Source: Vicugna vicugna
Lineage: Eukaryota
NCBI GenBank assembly: GCA_013265495.1
Contig: MU058463.1
Span: forward strand, 1,883,523 to 1,947,522
Direction of reading: 5' to 3'
DNA length: 64,000 nucleotides
Positions 62,620-64,000 of this stretch are shown one piece after another (position 1 is the stretch's first letter; each line of letters begins with the position of its first letter). The translations under genes and the position numbers were made by a program. The notes beneath the pieces were generated by a model. It searched no databases and had not been told where the DNA came from. It saw nothing but the letters and a program-made list of their open reading frames with translations.

Positions 62620-62875
62620 CAGAGCTGTGGTCTGTTAGTGGGGTGCTCACACACAGGACCAGGGCAAGATGAGCCATTAGGTTGTGGAGAAATGCCATTT
62701 GAATCACCATTTAAATTTATTTTTATCTAAAGCTAAGAAGAAATAGATTAAATATTAGTATAAATATTAATAGAAATACATGTACAACTTACGAATAAAT
62801 ACACATGGGTGCACACTCATAACTTTTTCAAAACTCATAAGACTTTTCAGTCAAAAAAGGTTGGAGACCACAGCT
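62620..62875. mobile_element. Possible hAT-Charlie-type fragment
   Basis: Ends 'tcaaaaaaggttggagaccacag', typical of Charlie-type termini; AT-rich interior. Confidence 0.4.
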
Positions 62876-63274
62876 CCAAACAACTCACATTTACTATCTG
62901 TGTGACCTAAGGAAAAAGCTTCAAGACATACTGTATGATTTAAATCACATTCAGGTAATGTTTATGTACTAATATATTTGGCAGGTGAAAATAAATTACT
63001 TTCTTTTGTACCCATGTCAAGTGGTATAGCTCTCTGAATTCTTAGTTCGGCTAAGCAAGTGACACCCTACATTCCTAATTAGTCACCTGCAGGCTCTAGC
63101 TCTTGCAATAGATTTAAAACACTGTTTTACCCTCAGTGCCAAAAGCCACGTGGAAGAACTAACTTTCCAGTACACTTTCCATCCTAAAGGCTTTTTGTTC
63201 ATTTGTTTTTGAGAATCAGAGGTTGAAATGTCTGGAAGAGTTTTTCAAGGATAGTCACACTAAAATTATAGTTA

Positions 63275-63480
63275 CTTATTCTTCAGATATTTACTGAGCA
63301 CCTACTATGATACACTGAGGATGCCAGGGTTAATAAATACTTACTTCGTGTTTGCTTTTTTCAAGTGCTAGGTAACAAGAATTAAGGGAGGGGCAAGGTA
63401 GCATTGGTGATTCCTGTCTTCATGGAGTTTACAAGCTAGTGGGAAAAAAAGAGAAAAACTGAAATAAAATGGAGAAAGTG
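63275..63480 (-). mobile_element. L2 3' end
   Basis: 'ttcttcagatatttactgagcacctactatg', 'cctgtcttcatggagtttacaagctagtggg'. Confidence 0.7.
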
Positions 63481-64000
63481 ATTTAAGAAAGATACGAGCA
63501 AAGCCTTGTAGGTGGTTTCTCCATGCCCTCCACTCTCTGCTCCTTTCAGATTTCCTCTCCTGTGTCCACTGCTCCAAAATAAAGATTGCTAGTCTTGTTC
63601 TTATTTGCTCGTATCTTGGGGGGGGTGGTCCCTAAGTATTCCTGGCCTTAACCTCCCACCCCAACTTCCTCTGTATGTATTGGACATGACCAGCCTCATT
63701 TAGGTGACAACAGGTTAGAGTGAGTCTCCTTGGATTGATACTGGCTCCTCTGAAGTTTTTCCCCAAATATAATGGTGTGACCCAACAGAAATGAGATGTC
63801 CACAGAAAGTCTTGCAAAAAGGAAGCCAGGGGCAGGAGCTGGGAGCACCCAAGCAAGCTCGAGGAGAAGGGTTTTTATGAGGTTGGCTTTTGAGGGAGGC
63901 ATAAATTATGTCACAGGGAGCAGCCAACTCTGAAAGTTGCACGTGGGAAACCCTGTGGGTCCTGCTTCTGCTGGATATTTCCTTTGACCTGAACGATTCT

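Noticed and set aside
63585..64000. Possible LTR at the window end
   Set aside because: Could not assign a family or termini; truncated by the window edge

Overview
64 kb of AT-rich mammalian non-coding DNA (intergenic or deep intronic). I recognise no protein-coding gene, tRNA, rRNA, snRNA or CRISPR array. The ORF track is explained by chance and transposon remnants. A large share of the window is interspersed repeat: many ancient L2 and MIR copies, MaLR (MLT1) solo LTRs, L1M fragments of several ages, three young L1 3' ends with target-site duplications, a MER45A-like hAT element, a Tigger7/MER44-type element, and probable CR1/L3 and RTE-X/L4 reverse-transcriptase fossils. The young L1 tails look cetartiodactyl, and I saw no ruminant, pig, whale or primate SINEs, so a camelid is my best guess. 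The most notable items are: a 231-bp tandem duplication that looks like an assembly artefact; a TSD-bounded L1 carrying 5'UTR+ORF1+3' end but no ORF2; a repeat-poor, CpG-retaining 44-53 kb block with AP-1, ETS, NF-kB/GAS, CRE and CTCF-like motifs and a canonically spaced TATA+Inr; and a speculative minus-strand spliced transcript with a GC-AG intron. Repeat subfamily names are from recall of consensus sequences, and most repeat boundaries are approximate. I found no well-supported novel biological system.
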